DNA of 64,000 bases from Gemmatimonadales bacterium (GTDB taxonomy: Bacteria; Gemmatimonadota; Gemmatimonadetes; Gemmatimonadales; GWC2-71-9): positions 6,597 through 70,596 of the forward strand of contig DATLKF010000024.1 in the NCBI GenBank assembly GCA_035538515.1, read 5' to 3'. A program made the position numbers and the translations under genes. Below are positions 1 to 9,825 of this stretch, piece after piece (position 1 is the first letter of the stretch; each line of letters opens with the position of its first letter). The notes under the pieces are model-generated. The model was not told the DNA's origin and did no database searches. It saw nothing but the letters and a program-made list of their open reading frames with translations.

Positions 1-55
1 CACGGGACCTCTAGATTACACCCCCTCGATCGATCCCACGACCCGGAGGTTGGCC

Positions 56-568
56 TTGCGCCTGGCCGTAGCCCCGCTCGTCTGCATCCTTATCTGCCCG
101 CCGCCCGCTCGCGCCCAGAGCGCCGCTCCCCGTCCCGCCGTCGCGGTCCTGAATCTCCGGTTCGACGGAGAGCACGCCAACGTGCTGCAGCCCGGTGACA
201 CCGCGATCGTCGCCGCGGCAACGAGCAAGCTGCTCGCCACGTTGGCCGCGTCGGACCGCGTGGCGCTCGTCGATTCCGGCGCAGTCGCCGCGGCCGTAGC
301 GGCCGCGGAAACGCGTGGCAACCCCTGCGACAACGCCTGCGCCGTGGCCGTCGCCCGCGGACTCGGCGCCCGCTGGGTCGCGAAAGGGACGATCAGCAAC
401 CTGTCGAACCTGGTGTGGCTGCTCACGGCGGAGCTGTTCGACGCGACGACGGGGAAGCCCGTGCTCGCGGACAGCTACGAGATCAAGGGGGACGCGCGAG
501 TGATGGCGCCGGCGGGCGCCCACGTGTTTGCGCAGCGTGTGGAACGGACGATCGGAGGTGCGCGATGA
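56..568 (+). CDS. secreted protein, DUF2380/DUF3280-like (periplasmic alpha/beta fold)
   Basis: ORF 50..568. It has a signal peptide (LVCILICPPPARAQ), an AVLNLRF strand and a paired Cys (NPCDNAC). An in-frame TTG at 56 lies 6 nt after GGAGG (45-49). Its TGA overlaps the next ATG (ATGA at 565). The family name is from memory, not searched. Confidence 0.55.
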   Translation: MRLAVAPLVCILICPPPARAQSAAPRPAVAVLNLRFDGEHANVLQPGDTAIVAAATSKLLATLAASDRVALVDSGAVAAAVAAAETRGNPCDNACAVAVARGLGARWVAKGTISNLSNLVWLLTAELFDATTGKPVLADSYEIKGDARVMAPAGAHVFAQRVERTIGGAR

Positions 569-1896
569 TCCGCCGCGCGGCCTTGCTGCTCTCGGCCGGC
601 CTCGTCGCGGCGCGCGGCCTCGGCGCTCAGGTAGACTCGGCAGCCCGGCCCACGGTGCTCGTACGCGCCGCTCGCCTTCTCGCGGTTCGAACCGGCGCGG
701 TGCTCACGAACCAGGCGATCCTGATCGAAGGCGACCGCATCAAGGAGGTCGGGCCGGCGGACGCGGTCGCCGGTCACGCCGGTCGCGACGCGCGCGTGAT
801 CGACCTGCGGAATGGTTTCGTGCTGCCTGGATTGATCGACTGTCACACCCACATCACCTCCGATCCGGGCGATTACTACAAGCAACTGTTCCGCATGAGC
901 CCGATCGACGAGGCGGTGCGGGCCCACATCTTCGCGAAGCGCACGCTCGAGGCGGGGTTCACGACGGTGCGCAACGTGGGTGCCGAAGAGTTCATCGACG
1001 TGGCGCTGCGCAACGCGATCAACGAGCGGGTGGTCGCGGGGCCGCGCATGCTGGTCTCGACCATGCCGCTGTCGGCCACCGGCGGGCATGGCGATGTCAA
1101 CGGCATGTCGCCGTACCTGCATTTCGAGGGCTTCTCCGGGATCGCGAACGGTGTGGACCAGATCCGCGAGAAGATCCGCTTCGAGGTGAAGTACGGCGCC
1201 GACCTGATCAAGGTGCTGGCGAGCGCGGGGGTCCTGTCGGAAGAGGAATCCGTGGGCGCGCCGCAATACTCGCAGGAAGAGCTCAATGCGCTGGTCGAGG
1301 AAGCGACGATGTGGGGGCGCAAGGTGGCGGCCCATGCGCACGGCGCCGAAGCCATCAAGCGCGCGGTGAAGGCCGGCGTCGCCTCGATCGAGCACGGCAG
1401 CCTGATCGACGACGAGGGCATCCGCCTCATGAAAGAACACGGCACCTACCTCGTGGCCGACATCTACAACGACGACTACATCATCGCCGAGTACACGCGG
1501 CTCGGATACCCGCAGAAGATCATCGAGAAGGAGCGACTGGTCGGCCGCCTGCAGCGGGAGAACTTCAAGAAGGCGGTGCAGGCGGGTGTGAAGATCGCCT
1601 TCGGCACTGACGCCGGCGTGTACCCGCACGGGTGGAACGCCAAGCAGTTCGCGCACATGGTGCGCTGGGGCACGACGCCGCTGCAGGCGATTCAGGCTGC
1701 CACCGTCAACGCCGCCGACCTGCTCGGCTGGGCCGATCGCGTGGGCGCACTCGAGCCCGGCAAGTACGCCGACGTGATCGCGGTGCAGGGTGATCCGCTG
1801 CAGGACGTGACCGTGCTCGAGCATGTCGCGTTCGTGATGAAGGGCGGCCAGGTGGTGAAGGACAGTCTCACCGGAGGCGCGAAATCGGCGCGCTGA
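565..1896 (+). CDS. secreted metal-dependent amidohydrolase (prolidase/imidazolonepropionase-related)
   Basis: This is the internal ATG of ORF 415..1896, with GGAGG 6 nt upstream. It has a signal peptide (MIRRAALLLSAGL). Metal ligands are present: LPGLIDCHTHI (HxH), AAHAHG, IEHGS and FGTDAGV. Confidence 0.9.
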   Translation: MIRRAALLLSAGLVAARGLGAQVDSAARPTVLVRAARLLAVRTGAVLTNQAILIEGDRIKEVGPADAVAGHAGRDARVIDLRNGFVLPGLIDCHTHITSDPGDYYKQLFRMSPIDEAVRAHIFAKRTLEAGFTTVRNVGAEEFIDVALRNAINERVVAGPRMLVSTMPLSATGGHGDVNGMSPYLHFEGFSGIANGVDQIREKIRFEVKYGADLIKVLASAGVLSEEESVGAPQYSQEELNALVEEATMWGRKVAAHAHGAEAIKRAVKAGVASIEHGSLIDDEGIRLMKEHGTYLVADIYNDDYIIAEYTRLGYPQKIIEKERLVGRLQRENFKKAVQAGVKIAFGTDAGVYPHGWNAKQFAHMVRWGTTPLQAIQAATVNAADLLGWADRVGALEPGKYADVIAVQGDPLQDVTVLEHVAFVMKGGQVVKDSLTGGAKSAR

Positions 1897-1922
1897 GTCG
1901 ATTCTTGGACTTGGGAGGTCAT

Positions 1923-4016
1923 ATGCGATCCGCCGTCGGGTACACGTTCGCGGCCATCGTTGGAGCGCTGGCGCTCGTCTCTGCTCCCGCACGCGCCCAG
2001 GAGACCGCGTCCGACACGCTGCTCACCGTGAATCATTACCTCGACTGGGAGCAGGTGACCGATCCTCAGGTTTCTCCCGACGGCGCTCAGGTGGTCTACA
2101 CCCGCCGCTGGGTCAACAAGCTGGAGGACAAATGGGAATCGGCGCTCTGGATCATGAACGCCGACGGGTCGCACCAGCGCTTCCTGGTCAAGGGGTCGGA
2201 CGCCCGCTGGTCACTCGACGGCACCCGCATCCTGTACCTCGCTGACGGTGACCCCAAGGGTACACAAGTATTCGTGCGCTGGATGGACGCCGAAGGCGCG
2301 TCGTCGCAGGTCACCCGCGTGACGGAGACGCCGTCCAATGCGCGCTGGGCGCCGAACGGCAAGGCGATCTCCTTCTTAATGCTGCAGCCCGACTCCACCG
2401 CCTGGAGCATTTCCCTTCCCAAGCCGCCCGAGGGTGCCACGTGGACGCCCGCCCCGCGCATGGTGGACGACCTGCATTATCGCCAGGATCGGGTAGGCTT
2501 CATGAAGCAGGGCTTCACCCATCTATTCATCGTGCCGGCGGACGGCAGCACCGCGCGCGCCCTCACGAGCGGTCGTTGGAACGTGGGGGCGCGGTTCGAT
2601 GGGCTGGCGAACGGCGCTGGATACGATTGGACACCCGACGGCCGCAGCATCGTGTTCGACGGGCTGCGCGACTCGACTTGGGACCAGCAGTATCAAGTCT
2701 CGCGTCTGTACGCCGTTGACGTGGCCAGTGGCGCCATTCGTCAGCTGGTTTCGCGGCCCGGCTTCTGGGCCAACCCGGCGGTGTCGCCCGATGGGCGCAC
2801 CGTCGCGTTCACGGGCTCCGATTCGTCCGACCACACGCACCGCACCTCGGACTTGTGGGTCATGGCGATCGACGGCTCCGGGATGCGCGACGTCTCACGC
2901 AGCTTCGATCGCGATCCCTCCGAGCTGCGGTGGGCGCCGGACGGCAAGGGCGTGTACCTCACCGCGGGCGATCGCGGCTCCGTCAATGTCCGCTACGCCG
3001 ACCTGGCGGGCACGGTGCGCGGTGTGACGCAGGGCCGGCAGGTGGTGTCGCTTGTGTCGCTCGCGCGCACTCTCGTCGGCGTGGGGATCGAGAGTGATCC
3101 CGACCACCCGCCGGACGTGGTCCGACTCGACCTGCGGCGGCCGGGCGCCACAGGCGCGGTCACGCGCCTCACGGCGGTGAACGACGACGTGCTGGCGAAC
3201 AAGCGGCTCGCCACGGTGGAGGAGATTTGGTACGGGTCGAGCGGGGGCACCCGCGTGCAAGGGTGGATCGTGAAGCCACCGACGTTCGACGCCGGGCGGA
3301 AGTACCCCCTCATCCTCGAGATCCACGGCGGGCCGTTTGCGATGTACAACGTAGGCTTCAGCTACATGTTCCAGAACTTCGCGGCGAACGGCTACGTGGT
3401 GCTGTACACCAACCCGCGGGGCTCCACCGGTTACGGCGACGCGTTCTCCAGCGCCATCGACCACAATTATCCCGGCCCCGATTACGACGATCTGATGGCG
3501 GGCGTGGACGCGGTGATCAGCCATGGCTACGTGGACACGACCCGCATGTACGTCTCGGGGTGCTCCGGGGGCGGCGTGCTCTCCAGCTGGGTGATCGGCC
3601 ACACCAACCGCTTCGCCGCCGCCGCGGTGCGCTGTCCGGTGATCGACTGGATCAGCATGGCGGGGCAGACCGACATTCCACTGTTCACGTTCAGCTTTTT
3701 CCATCAGGCGTTCTGGGACAAGCCGGACGAGTGGCTGGCGCACTCGTCGCTGATGTACGCGGGCCATGTCACGACGCCGACGCTGTTGATGACCGGCGAG
3801 CTCGACCGCCGCACGCCCATCCCCCAGACGGAAGAGTACTACGCCGCGCTCAAGATGCGGCACGTGCCGACCGTGATGCTGCGCTTCAACGGCGAGTACC
3901 ACGGGACCGGATCGAAGCCGTCCAACTTCATGCGGACCCAGCTGTACATGATGAGCTGGTTCCAGAAGTACAGGCACGCCGGCAGCGAGCCGGCGACGGG
4001 GGCGGGGAACCGCTAG
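1923..4016 (+). CDS. S9 family serine peptidase (prolyl oligopeptidase/acylaminoacyl-peptidase type) with N-terminal beta-propeller
   Basis: ORF 1905..4016. The ATG at 1923 follows GGGAGG. It has a signal peptide. The catalytic triad context is present: GCSGGG (GxSxG), GELDRRTP and EYHG. The N-terminal half is propeller-like. Confidence 0.88.
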   Translation: MRSAVGYTFAAIVGALALVSAPARAQETASDTLLTVNHYLDWEQVTDPQVSPDGAQVVYTRRWVNKLEDKWESALWIMNADGSHQRFLVKGSDARWSLDGTRILYLADGDPKGTQVFVRWMDAEGASSQVTRVTETPSNARWAPNGKAISFLMLQPDSTAWSISLPKPPEGATWTPAPRMVDDLHYRQDRVGFMKQGFTHLFIVPADGSTARALTSGRWNVGARFDGLANGAGYDWTPDGRSIVFDGLRDSTWDQQYQVSRLYAVDVASGAIRQLVSRPGFWANPAVSPDGRTVAFTGSDSSDHTHRTSDLWVMAIDGSGMRDVSRSFDRDPSELRWAPDGKGVYLTAGDRGSVNVRYADLAGTVRGVTQGRQVVSLVSLARTLVGVGIESDPDHPPDVVRLDLRRPGATGAVTRLTAVNDDVLANKRLATVEEIWYGSSGGTRVQGWIVKPPTFDAGRKYPLILEIHGGPFAMYNVGFSYMFQNFAANGYVVLYTNPRGSTGYGDAFSSAIDHNYPGPDYDDLMAGVDAVISHGYVDTTRMYVSGCSGGGVLSSWVIGHTNRFAAAAVRCPVIDWISMAGQTDIPLFTFSFFHQAFWDKPDEWLAHSSLMYAGHVTTPTLLMTGELDRRTPIPQTEEYYAALKMRHVPTVMLRFNGEYHGTGSKPSNFMRTQLYMMSWFQKYRHAGSEPATGAGNR

Positions 4017-4017
4017 C

Positions 4018-5664
4018 CTAGCGCTCCGCGCGAAGCAGCCTGCCGAGCCAGCCTTCCTCTCGCTGGTGCTCGTCGCGCGTGAGCTGTACCCAGGCGGCGA
4101 GGATGGCGGCGCGCTCCACGGAGCCCACTACCCGGCCGGGATCGTCACGGCTGGCGACGGGCAACACCTCGACTTCGTGCTCGAGTAACTTGCGCATCGC
4201 CGTCTCGAGCAGCTCGTCGGGGTAGCTGACGATGGCGGGGGGGACGGTCGCGGGCGCTGCGATCACGGGCGGCTCCATCACGTCCTCCACGCGCAGCACC
4301 TGCAGTGGGTTGACCCCGTACTCGCGCGTCAGGTGGCGGCCGCGGCGGGCGAGCTTCTCGGTCAAAATCGAGCGTCGCATCAAGAGCACCGTGATCCCGG
4401 CGGATGCCACCGAGGCGATGAGCAGCGCCGGGAGCGCGGCCAGGTCTCCGGTGAGCTCCACGGCGAACACCATCGCCGTGATCGGGATCTGCATCGTCCC
4501 TCCCATGAGGGCCGCCATCCCCAGCATCGCCCAGAGGCCGACGTCGGGGGCGTGCGCGAGACTGGCGGCGAGCGCGCCGAGCGCGCTTCCCATGAGCAGC
4601 AGCGGGGCCACGAGACCGCCCGACGTGCCCGACCCGAGGCCGATCGACCAGATCAGCGCCTTCACCACCAGCAGCGACACCAGCGCGGTGCCCAGCAGTC
4701 GGCCGTCCAACAGCTCGTGGATCACGTCGTAGCCGACTCCGAGCGCCCGCGGCGCGACCAGACCGCCCAATCCTACGAACACACCGCCGATCGCGGGCCA
4801 CCACATCCAATGGACCGGGAGCCGTGCGAACAGGTCCTCACAGCCGTACAGCAGAGCGGTGATGGCGGTGGCCACGAGTCCAGCCGCGACACCCAGTCCC
4901 AGGGCTGCGAGAGCGGTCCACGAGGATGTCGCATGCGGGACGATGGGGAACAGCGGGCCCGCGCCGAACAGCGGGACGCGGAGCACGCCGGCCACCGCCG
5001 CCGCCGAGGCCACCGGGATGAAGCTGCGGGGCCGCCACTCGAACAGCAGCAGCTCGAGCGCCAGAAGCACGGCGGCGACGGGCGTCGCGAAGATGGCGGT
5101 CATGCCCCCAGCGGCACCCGCGACCAGCAGCGTCTTCCGCTCGGCCGGTGACAAATGAAACACCTGGCCTACGAGGGAGCCGAACGCGCCGCCCGTGACG
5201 ATGATCGGCCCTTCGGCGCCGTATGGGCCCCCAGTCCCGATCGCGAGCGCCGAGGACAGGGGCTTCAGGATCGCCACCTTGAGATCCATCCGGCTCCGAC
5301 CGATCAGGATGGCCTCGAGCGCTTCGGGAATGCCGTGCCCTCGGATCTTCTCGGAGCCATACCGGGCCATCAGGCCCACGATGAGGCCTCCGAGCACGGG
5401 GATGAGGACCCGCCACGGGCCGAGGGGGCTGCCCGCCGGCGACACCAGCGTCGTGCTCAGCCGATGGAAATAGGCGAGGTTGGTGAACAGCCCTATCAGG
5501 CGCACCAGGCCCAGTGCCACCCCGGCGCTGATCACCCCGATGACCGCGGCCGTCAGGCTCAGTGTGATGAGTCGCGAATCCGCGACGAAGTCGCTGAGCC
5601 GATGGTGGTGAGGGGGCGGGGGCGGGGGCGGGGGCGGAGGCGGAGGCGCGGGACGGCTGGGCAT
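4018..5664 (-). CDS. ClC family chloride channel/H+-Cl- antiporter with C-terminal CBS domain
   Basis: This is the internal ATG (MPSRPAPPPP...) of ORF 4018..6420. ClC selectivity motifs are present: GHGIPE, GAEGP and AIFATPV. There are multiple TM helices and a CBS-like C-terminus. The upstream 252 codons of the ORF look non-coding. Confidence 0.85.
   Translation of the reverse strand: MPSRPAPPPPPPPPPPPPHHHRLSDFVADSRLITLSLTAAVIGVISAGVALGLVRLIGLFTNLAYFHRLSTTLVSPAGSPLGPWRVLIPVLGGLIVGLMARYGSEKIRGHGIPEALEAILIGRSRMDLKVAILKPLSSALAIGTGGPYGAEGPIIVTGGAFGSLVGQVFHLSPAERKTLLVAGAAGGMTAIFATPVAAVLLALELLLFEWRPRSFIPVASAAAVAGVLRVPLFGAGPLFPIVPHATSSWTALAALGLGVAAGLVATAITALLYGCEDLFARLPVHWMWWPAIGGVFVGLGGLVAPRALGVGYDVIHELLDGRLLGTALVSLLVVKALIWSIGLGSGTSGGLVAPLLLMGSALGALAASLAHAPDVGLWAMLGMAALMGGTMQIPITAMVFAVELTGDLAALPALLIASVASAGITVLLMRRSILTEKLARRGRHLTREYGVNPLQVLRVEDVMEPPVIAAPATVPPAIVSYPDELLETAMRKLLEHEVEVLPVASRDDPGRVVGSVERAAILAAWVQLTRDEHQREEGWLGRLLRAER
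5612..5647. repeat. hexanucleotide microsatellite (GGGGGC)4(GGAGGC)2 encoding the poly-Pro tract of the ClC N-terminus
   Basis: Read directly from the sequence: four consecutive G5 runs separated by a single C (5612-5634), then two GGAGGC units. On the minus strand this translates to PPPPPPPPPPPP followed by HHH. Confidence 0.9.
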
Positions 5665-5821
5665 GACGCTTCGGAATGTAATCGTGTGCCATCCGGCTAC
5701 GGCACCGTTCTGACTTGGTTCACCCTGCGACAACCCCCGCCGGTCCGGACCCGTTACCAAGGGACGGGCGTACCACTCTTCACTGCATACGCACGCCACT
5801 CGACGAACAAGGAGATGCCCT

Positions 5822-7135
5822 ATGCCGCGCCCGCTTGGAGGCCGCTCCCGACTCGCGATTCTGGGACCGGCCGCCGCCTGCACCGCCTTTCTCGTAACTG
5901 CTTGCGACAACACATCCAGCGGTCCTCGCTCCGTCCTGCCGGTCCAGTTCTCACATGAGGTCAGCCTCCCCGATTTGCACAACCAGCTCGTCACCGGCAC
6001 CGCGCGCGTCGCGGTGAGTGTGATTCCCGGAACACTGACGGCTCGCCGGGTGGAGATTGAGGGGCCGGACCAGGTCAACAAGCCAGAGCGCGTGCGCAGC
6101 CGGGTCACCGCGATCACCCCGGGGACCGATATGGCGACCCTGACGCTCGAGCTCGGGGGGCTCAAGATTGCCGTGAACGGCTCCACCAAGCTGCACCCCG
6201 ACGACGGCGACGGTGATGGCATGCACGAGCCCATGCCGGCGATGAGCGACGACGGGGGGACGAGCATGACGCTCGCCGACTTCGTCGCCCGCGTCCAAGC
6301 CGACCTCGCCGCGGGTAAGAGTCCCGCGGTGCGGGCGACTCGCCAGCCGGCTGCTAAGCCGCAGGCGCCCGATGACGGCAGCTTTCTCGCCGCGACATTG
6401 CAGCTCGACGAAGGCAACAATCATCCGCTCGTTCAGCTGAACATCACCGCGGCCAATCTGACCACCAACGCGACCCCGCCACCCGACGCGATCCTGAAGG
6501 TGTTGGGCGTGAGCCTGGAGATCCGTACGAGCGACGGCACGACCAAGCTCGAGTCCGACAACGAGACCGCCGAGGGCGCCGAAGAGTTCCACGGTGTCGT
6601 CAAATCGGTGGATCAGACGGCCCAGACGGTGACGCTCATGGACGGGACGATCATCCACATCGTGGCCGGGACGGAGTTCGAGGCCCGCGAAGGTGATGAG
6701 GACGATCACCTCACCACGCTCGCCGACGTGCAGGCGGCGCTCACCGCTGGCAAGACGGTCGAGGCCGAGGGACGTGGCTTGGTTACGAGCACGAGTCCGT
6801 TGACGCTTGACGCCATTCGGATCGAGTTCGAGGTGGAGGGCGAGGAGCTGCCGCCCGCCGTCCATATGGAGGAGTTCAGCGGGGAAGTCGCGAGCGTGGA
6901 CGTCGCGGGCGGCACGTTCACTCTCGCTGGCGGTACGGGCGTCGTGACCGTGACGAGCGAGACGCACATCTCGGCGGACGGCGCGTACCACACGCTACAG
7001 GGGGTCTCCGACGCGCTCACCGCCAAGAAGACGGTGCGAGCGGAAGGCGTGGGGAGCATCACGGCGGCGGGTCCACCGCCCGCCATCAAGGCGCTGTTCG
7101 TGAAGTTCGAGACACCCATGACCCCGACGCCGTAG
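5822..7135 (+). CDS. lipoprotein with repeated DUF5666-like beta domains
   Basis: AAGGAG lies 7 nt upstream of the ATG. The lipobox is LVTAC. There are repeated segments of the type F-G-V-SVD...TLT/TLM...T-F. No enzymatic motif was recognised. Confidence 0.7.
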   Translation: MPRPLGGRSRLAILGPAAACTAFLVTACDNTSSGPRSVLPVQFSHEVSLPDLHNQLVTGTARVAVSVIPGTLTARRVEIEGPDQVNKPERVRSRVTAITPGTDMATLTLELGGLKIAVNGSTKLHPDDGDGDGMHEPMPAMSDDGGTSMTLADFVARVQADLAAGKSPAVRATRQPAAKPQAPDDGSFLAATLQLDEGNNHPLVQLNITAANLTTNATPPPDAILKVLGVSLEIRTSDGTTKLESDNETAEGAEEFHGVVKSVDQTAQTVTLMDGTIIHIVAGTEFEAREGDEDDHLTTLADVQAALTAGKTVEAEGRGLVTSTSPLTLDAIRIEFEVEGEELPPAVHMEEFSGEVASVDVAGGTFTLAGGTGVVTVTSETHISADGAYHTLQGVSDALTAKKTVRAEGVGSITAAGPPPAIKALFVKFETPMTPTP

Positions 7136-7157
7136 CACCGGGCGAAGTGGTCGTCAT

Positions 7158-7193
7158 GTAGGGGCGCAGCACGCTGCGCCCCTACGTTTTTGT
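7158..7193 (+). terminator. intrinsic terminator (12-bp GC stem + T-tract)
   Basis: GTAGGGGCGCAG (7158-7169), loop CACG, CTGCGCCCCTAC (7174-7185), then GTTTTTGT. It lies 22 nt after the lipoprotein stop and overlaps the stop codon of the convergent FMO gene. Confidence 0.75.
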
Positions 7194-8297
7194 CACGTCC
7201 CTCGCGATCAGCTTCGCTGCCAGCCGGGCGTCGCGATTGATATTGTACAGACCGCCGGTCGCGTCGTAGTTGTGTCCTACGAAGTACAGAGCGGGTTGAT
7301 CGACGCTCACCACGCGGTCGCGGCGGCGCCCGAATCCCTTGGGATCGACCCGGATCAAGGAGCCGAGTGGTCCGACCGCCGCCCCAAAGCCGGTCGCGAG
7401 CATGATCTCATCGAAGCGGCCCGTGGTCCCGTCGGTGAAGCGTGCGCCTTCGGCAGTCAGCTCAGCGACCCCGGGACGGACCTCGATCAAACCCTGAGCG
7501 ATGGCGTCCACGAGGTGAAACCCGATCACGGGGATGGCGTCGAGCGGGCTGTACGCCGGACGGGGCAGGACGGGCTTGCCGCGCCGCAGCTCCGTGATGA
7601 GCCGCACCAGCGTGACGACGACCTCTTGCACGCGCCGCGGCAGCTTGCGCACCCAGTAGGCCACATACTGAATCGGCACTCCCGCGATGGTCAGCGGTAC
7701 GACGTTCGCGCCCGAGCGGACGGCGACCGTCACCCTGCCACCGGCGCGCGCGATTTCACTCGCTATCTCGGCCCCCGAGTTCCCGACCCCGACTACCAGC
7801 ACCCGCCGCCCCGCGTAGCCATCGGGCCGGCGGTACGTGACGCTGTGCTCGATGGTCCCGATGAACCGCTCCTGTTCCGGGAGTCGGGGGATTCTCGGGT
7901 TGGCGACGATCCCGGTGGCCACCACGACCACCCGCGCCGTGAGACTGCCGCGCTGAGCGGTCAGCAGCCAGTGGCCGTCGCTTCGCGCTATGCGGTCGAC
8001 GGCACATCCAGTGTCGACCGGCAGCTCGAACCTCCGGGCGTAGTGGCGCAGGTAGTTCCAGAACTCATCGCGGGGCACGAACAATGGAGCGGACCGGGGG
8101 AACGGCATGCCGGGGAGACTCGACATGTGCTTTCCCGTGTGCAACGTCAGGCTGTCGTACAGGTTGGCCCAGGTGTACCCGACGGTGTCGCCGCGCTCGA
8201 GCACTCGGTGGCCGATGCCGAGCGCTCGCAGCTGTTGCGACGTCGCGAGCCCGGCGGGGCCGGCGCCCACGACCGCGACGTCGACGTCGTCAGGCAC
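7182..8297 (-). CDS. flavin-containing monooxygenase-like NAD(P)/FAD oxidoreductase
   Basis: ORF 7182..8507 with an in-frame GTG at 8297 just before VAVVGAGPAGL. A second dinucleotide motif is VLVVGVGNSGAEIA. The start overlaps the upstream GMC stop by 8 nt. Confidence 0.8.
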   Translation of the reverse strand: MPDDVDVAVVGAGPAGLATSQQLRALGIGHRVLERGDTVGYTWANLYDSLTLHTGKHMSSLPGMPFPRSAPLFVPRDEFWNYLRHYARRFELPVDTGCAVDRIARSDGHWLLTAQRGSLTARVVVVATGIVANPRIPRLPEQERFIGTIEHSVTYRRPDGYAGRRVLVVGVGNSGAEIASEIARAGGRVTVAVRSGANVVPLTIAGVPIQYVAYWVRKLPRRVQEVVVTLVRLITELRRGKPVLPRPAYSPLDAIPVIGFHLVDAIAQGLIEVRPGVAELTAEGARFTDGTTGRFDEIMLATGFGAAVGPLGSLIRVDPKGFGRRRDRVVSVDQPALYFVGHNYDATGGLYNINRDARLAAKLIARDVTKT

Positions 8298-9825
8298 GGA
8301 CGGCTTCGGGGCGCGAGACGAGCAGGTCGCGGGCGTCCTGGCGGATGCCTTCCGCCACCCGGTCGGCGAGCCCCATGATCGTGAGGTACGGGTTGATCTC
8401 GAGCGCGTCAGGGAACAGGCTGGCGTCCGCCACGCGCAGCCAGGGGACGTCGTGCACCCGCCCCCACGCGTCGGTGACGGAGTCGGCGGCGCTGCGTCCC
8501 ATGCCACAGCCGCCCATGAGGTGCGCCGCCGAGACGGAGATGGTGACGGGCAAAAAATGCCGTGCGTCGATGCGCCGCTCGAGCTGCGCGGCCTCGGCCG
8601 CCTCGATGAGCGGCGGATCGGCCGGCGCGTGCACGCGGCGGGCGCCGGCGGCGAAGAAGATGCGGGCGGCGGCGCGAGTGCCGCGCACCAGACCGTCGAT
8701 CGTACTCCGCGTCAGATGGTAATGCACCACGGGCCGCCCCGCTCGGTCGACACGTATGCGATTGCCCGGCACGGCACGATCACAGGCGAGGTTGAGGATC
8801 ATCTGGAGGCGAGGGAAGGCGCGCATGATCGCGCTATGCGCCGCCCCGAACCCCGTAAGGCTCTTGGCCGTGACGAAGGGAAAGTACATGCACGTTTCGA
8901 GCACGAAGCCTTCCTCCGCCGCCCGGTCCACGAAATAGCTCTTGGGGTGACCCACGTCGTTGGTGATGGGGTGCGGATGCTCGGCGACGAGGACGAGAGC
9001 TGGGTGACAGGTGAAGCCCTCGCCCAGGCGCGGCAGTCGCGCCGGGAGCGTCGAGCGCAGCAACAGCGCGGTGCTGCCGATCGCTCCACCGGCGCTCACG
9101 ATCAGGCGCGCCTGGACGCGGTACTCGCCGGGGGCCCATTCCGAGGGTGCGCCCTTCGCGCCGGCGGGCCGCTCGGCCACCCGGACGTGCAGCGTGCGGT
9201 TGGGCGCGATCGCGCGCACCTCCGCCCGGGTCACCACCTCCACACCCGCGCGCTCGGCCCGGGGCAGCTGCACGCGGTTCGTGCCCTGCTTCGCCTGGTT
9301 GGGGCAGCCGAGATTGCAGAGGCTCGAGCCGCGGCAGCCCTTCACGTTGACGGGGAACTGCTCGACGCGGTAGCCGGCCTTGCGTCCGCCCTCGACGAAC
9401 AGCCGGTTGTTGTCGTTGATGAGCGCCGCCTCGAGCAGGTGCACGTTGTTCTCGCCGGCGTACTTGGCGGAGCGGTGCGTGACGTCCGCGTGCGTGAGAC
9501 CGGGGACATCCCAGCGCGCGATCACACGCTCGGGTGCCGTGAGCGAGGTGCCCGTGTAGACGACGGTCGAGCCGCCATAGGCCGCGGCGAACGCGAGCGT
9601 CAGCGTGCCCTCCTGGTTCAGGAACCCGCCGCCGTCCTGATACAGCGCCTCCGCCATTTCGAGCTCGCGCCCGGTGAAATCGGTGTCGGCGAACCGCGGC
9701 CCCTGCTCGAGCACGAGCACCGAGATGCCGTCGCGTACCAGCGGCGCGAGCTCCTGCGCGACGGTTCCGCCGCCGGCCCCCGAGCCCACGATGACGATGT
9801 CGTAGTCGCGCTGCTCGGTCTTCAC
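8290..9825 (-). CDS. GMC family oxidoreductase
   Basis: ORF 8290..10131. A GTG at 9825 (VKTEQRDYDIVIVGSGAGGG) forms a GTGA overlap with the stop of the small-subunit gene. The C-terminal motif HLMGGCGMG is present. An alternative GTG lies at 9840. Confidence 0.85.
   Translation of the reverse strand: MKTEQRDYDIVIVGSGAGGGTVAQELAPLVRDGISVLVLEQGPRFADTDFTGRELEMAEALYQDGGGFLNQEGTLTLAFAAAYGGSTVVYTGTSLTAPERVIARWDVPGLTHADVTHRSAKYAGENNVHLLEAALINDNNRLFVEGGRKAGYRVEQFPVNVKGCRGSSLCNLGCPNQAKQGTNRVQLPRAERAGVEVVTRAEVRAIAPNRTLHVRVAERPAGAKGAPSEWAPGEYRVQARLIVSAGGAIGSTALLLRSTLPARLPRLGEGFTCHPALVLVAEHPHPITNDVGHPKSYFVDRAAEEGFVLETCMYFPFVTAKSLTGFGAAHSAIMRAFPRLQMILNLACDRAVPGNRIRVDRAGRPVVHYHLTRSTIDGLVRGTRAAARIFFAAGARRVHAPADPPLIEAAEAAQLERRIDARHFLPVTISVSAAHLMGGCGMGRSAADSVTDAWGRVHDVPWLRVADASLFPDALEINPYLTIMGLADRVAEGIRQDARDLLVSRPEAVRA

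Noticed and set aside
415-564. N-terminal extensions of track ORFs. Examples are 415.., 4018..6420 upstream part, 15020.., 18139.., 18746.., 20906..21259, 21512.., 27863.., 33030.., 40126.., 52687..54177, 53553..56054 and 56824...
   Set aside because: In each case the extension overlaps the preceding gene in another frame or reads through a repeat array. A downstream in-frame start gives a homology-consistent N-terminus with an SD motif or an ATGA/GTGA overlap.
4011-4023. A 13-bp palindrome, CGCTAG-C-CTAGCG, containing the stop codons of the convergent S9 peptidase and ClC genes.
   Set aside because: This is a curiosity produced by two facing TAG codons 1 nt apart. The stem is too short for a terminator and no further structure is present.
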